Assembly: GCA_000320545.1 (NCBI GenBank)
Contig: ADNK01001788.1
Location: 1 to 45,798, forward strand
From: Bigelowiella natans CCMP2755
Lineage: Eukaryota > Protista > Cercozoa
DNA: 45,798 nucleotides
Direction of reading: 5' to 3'
Program-made: the position numbers and the translations under genes
The notes under the pieces: model-generated
Databases searched by the model: none
Told to the model about the DNA's origin: nothing
The model's input: only the letters and a program-made list of their open reading frames with translations
Part shown: one piece after another, positions 45,091 through 45,798 of the stretch
Position numbering within the stretch: the first letter of the stretch is position 1
Layout of the letters: every line of letters starts with the position of its first letter

Positions 45091-45798
45091 TGGTAATAGC
45101 ACATCCTGATTCGAATAGTACATTCCCCCCCCCCCCCCTGCCCCCCTCTCTCTGTCTCTCTATCCATCAATGTTTCTCCCTCTGGCTCCTCCGTAAGCCC
45201 ATCATTAAACAGTAGCAATTACTGGCATTCGCGTGAAATTCCCCGCTCGGAGCAGCTTGAGAGGCTGGTCAGGGATGATTTCCTTGTCCACGGTCGGAAT
45301 CCATTGCAAGAAGTTTATCTGAGCGCCAAAGAACCACGGTGCGAGTCAAGAAGGCAGGGGAGAAAGCAACACTCGTTCGCCATTGTTTGTATTGCGCAGG
45401 CAAGGTGATTCACAAGGCCATGGCCAGCAGTGCACTCACCCCCTCTCCTGGAGTCCGGAGATGCTCGGCATACCTGAAGGAAGATCACGGGGGGGGGGGA
45501 GGGGGGCAAGTGGGCTGAGAAAATATATTGGGGTCCTTGAAGCTCTAAATGTGCAAGGAGCAATCACGTGCATACTCAATCTACCCCGGTCCCCAACTCC
45601 CACCATTTCTCGCGCCCCCCCCCCCCCCCCCCACCCACAGAAAGGTATTAAAAGGGTGCCCAAGGGGGGGTATATTACTCTGGAAAGAGCTCCCTATCCC
45701 CCCAAAATTTTGTTGAACGGGAAAAAAGATGAAAAAGACACTTCTATTCACCATTAACACCCCCGAAAAAGGATATATATATATATATATATTTATAT
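42343..45798 (-). CDS. Type-B carboxylesterase/lipase family protein, C-terminal half (5' part beyond the window; 3' end uncertain)
   Basis: Exons INFLQWIPTVDKEIIPDQPLKLLRAGNFTRMP|VIIGSVKNETDAF (catalytic Glu region), STDLLMRCYVKRLADAF, GNACCHAG|DNVYAFG (catalytic His), YEQRLAAKLVDTFVEFA. These follow the conserved order of the carboxylesterase C-terminus. Confidence 0.8.

Noticed and set aside
25300-45798. Many 60-240-aa ORFs rich in HTHT, RERE, poly-L/P/S/Y
   Set aside because: They are translations of intronic microsatellites or antisense shadows of real exons.
1-45798. tRNA, rRNA or snRNA genes
   Set aside because: No cloverleaf or recognisable conserved RNA sequence seen by eye; a covariance-model scan was not possible.

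Overview
Eukaryotic nuclear DNA that is gene-dense and intron-rich, with GT-AG introns often filled with microsatellites. The style suggests a protist or alga, possibly a chlorarachniophyte, but that is inference only. Hand-spliced host genes: one or two uncharacterised minus-strand genes (1-4474), a PLAC8-family gene, a PB1+UBA (p62/NBR1-like) gene, a PX+C2+transmembrane gene, a small Lys/Asp/Ser-rich gene, an intronless secreted coiled-coil/mucin-like gene, a purple acid phosphatase, 3-methylcrotonyl-CoA carboxylase alpha, an Acinus orthologue and a partial type-B carboxylesterase. A complete, apparently very young Ty3/Gypsy LTR retrotransposon lies at 17667-23382 (326-bp LTRs identical by eye, TCAC target-site duplication, one 1657-aa ORF). 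Three things stand out. (1) The polyprotein ends, after the integrase, in a domain resembling the Dam-like adenine methyltransferase domain of DIRS elements, and the integrase is compact with D(27)E spacing. (2) Genes are arranged as head-to-head pairs, and each tail-to-tail junction carries a copy of the same ~100-bp two-hairpin repeat inside a tract rich in short palindromes (GCTAGC, ATGCAT, GATC). (3) Microsatellites are absent from promoter-proximal introns but fill distal ones. All domain calls are by visual motif recognition; no searches were run.
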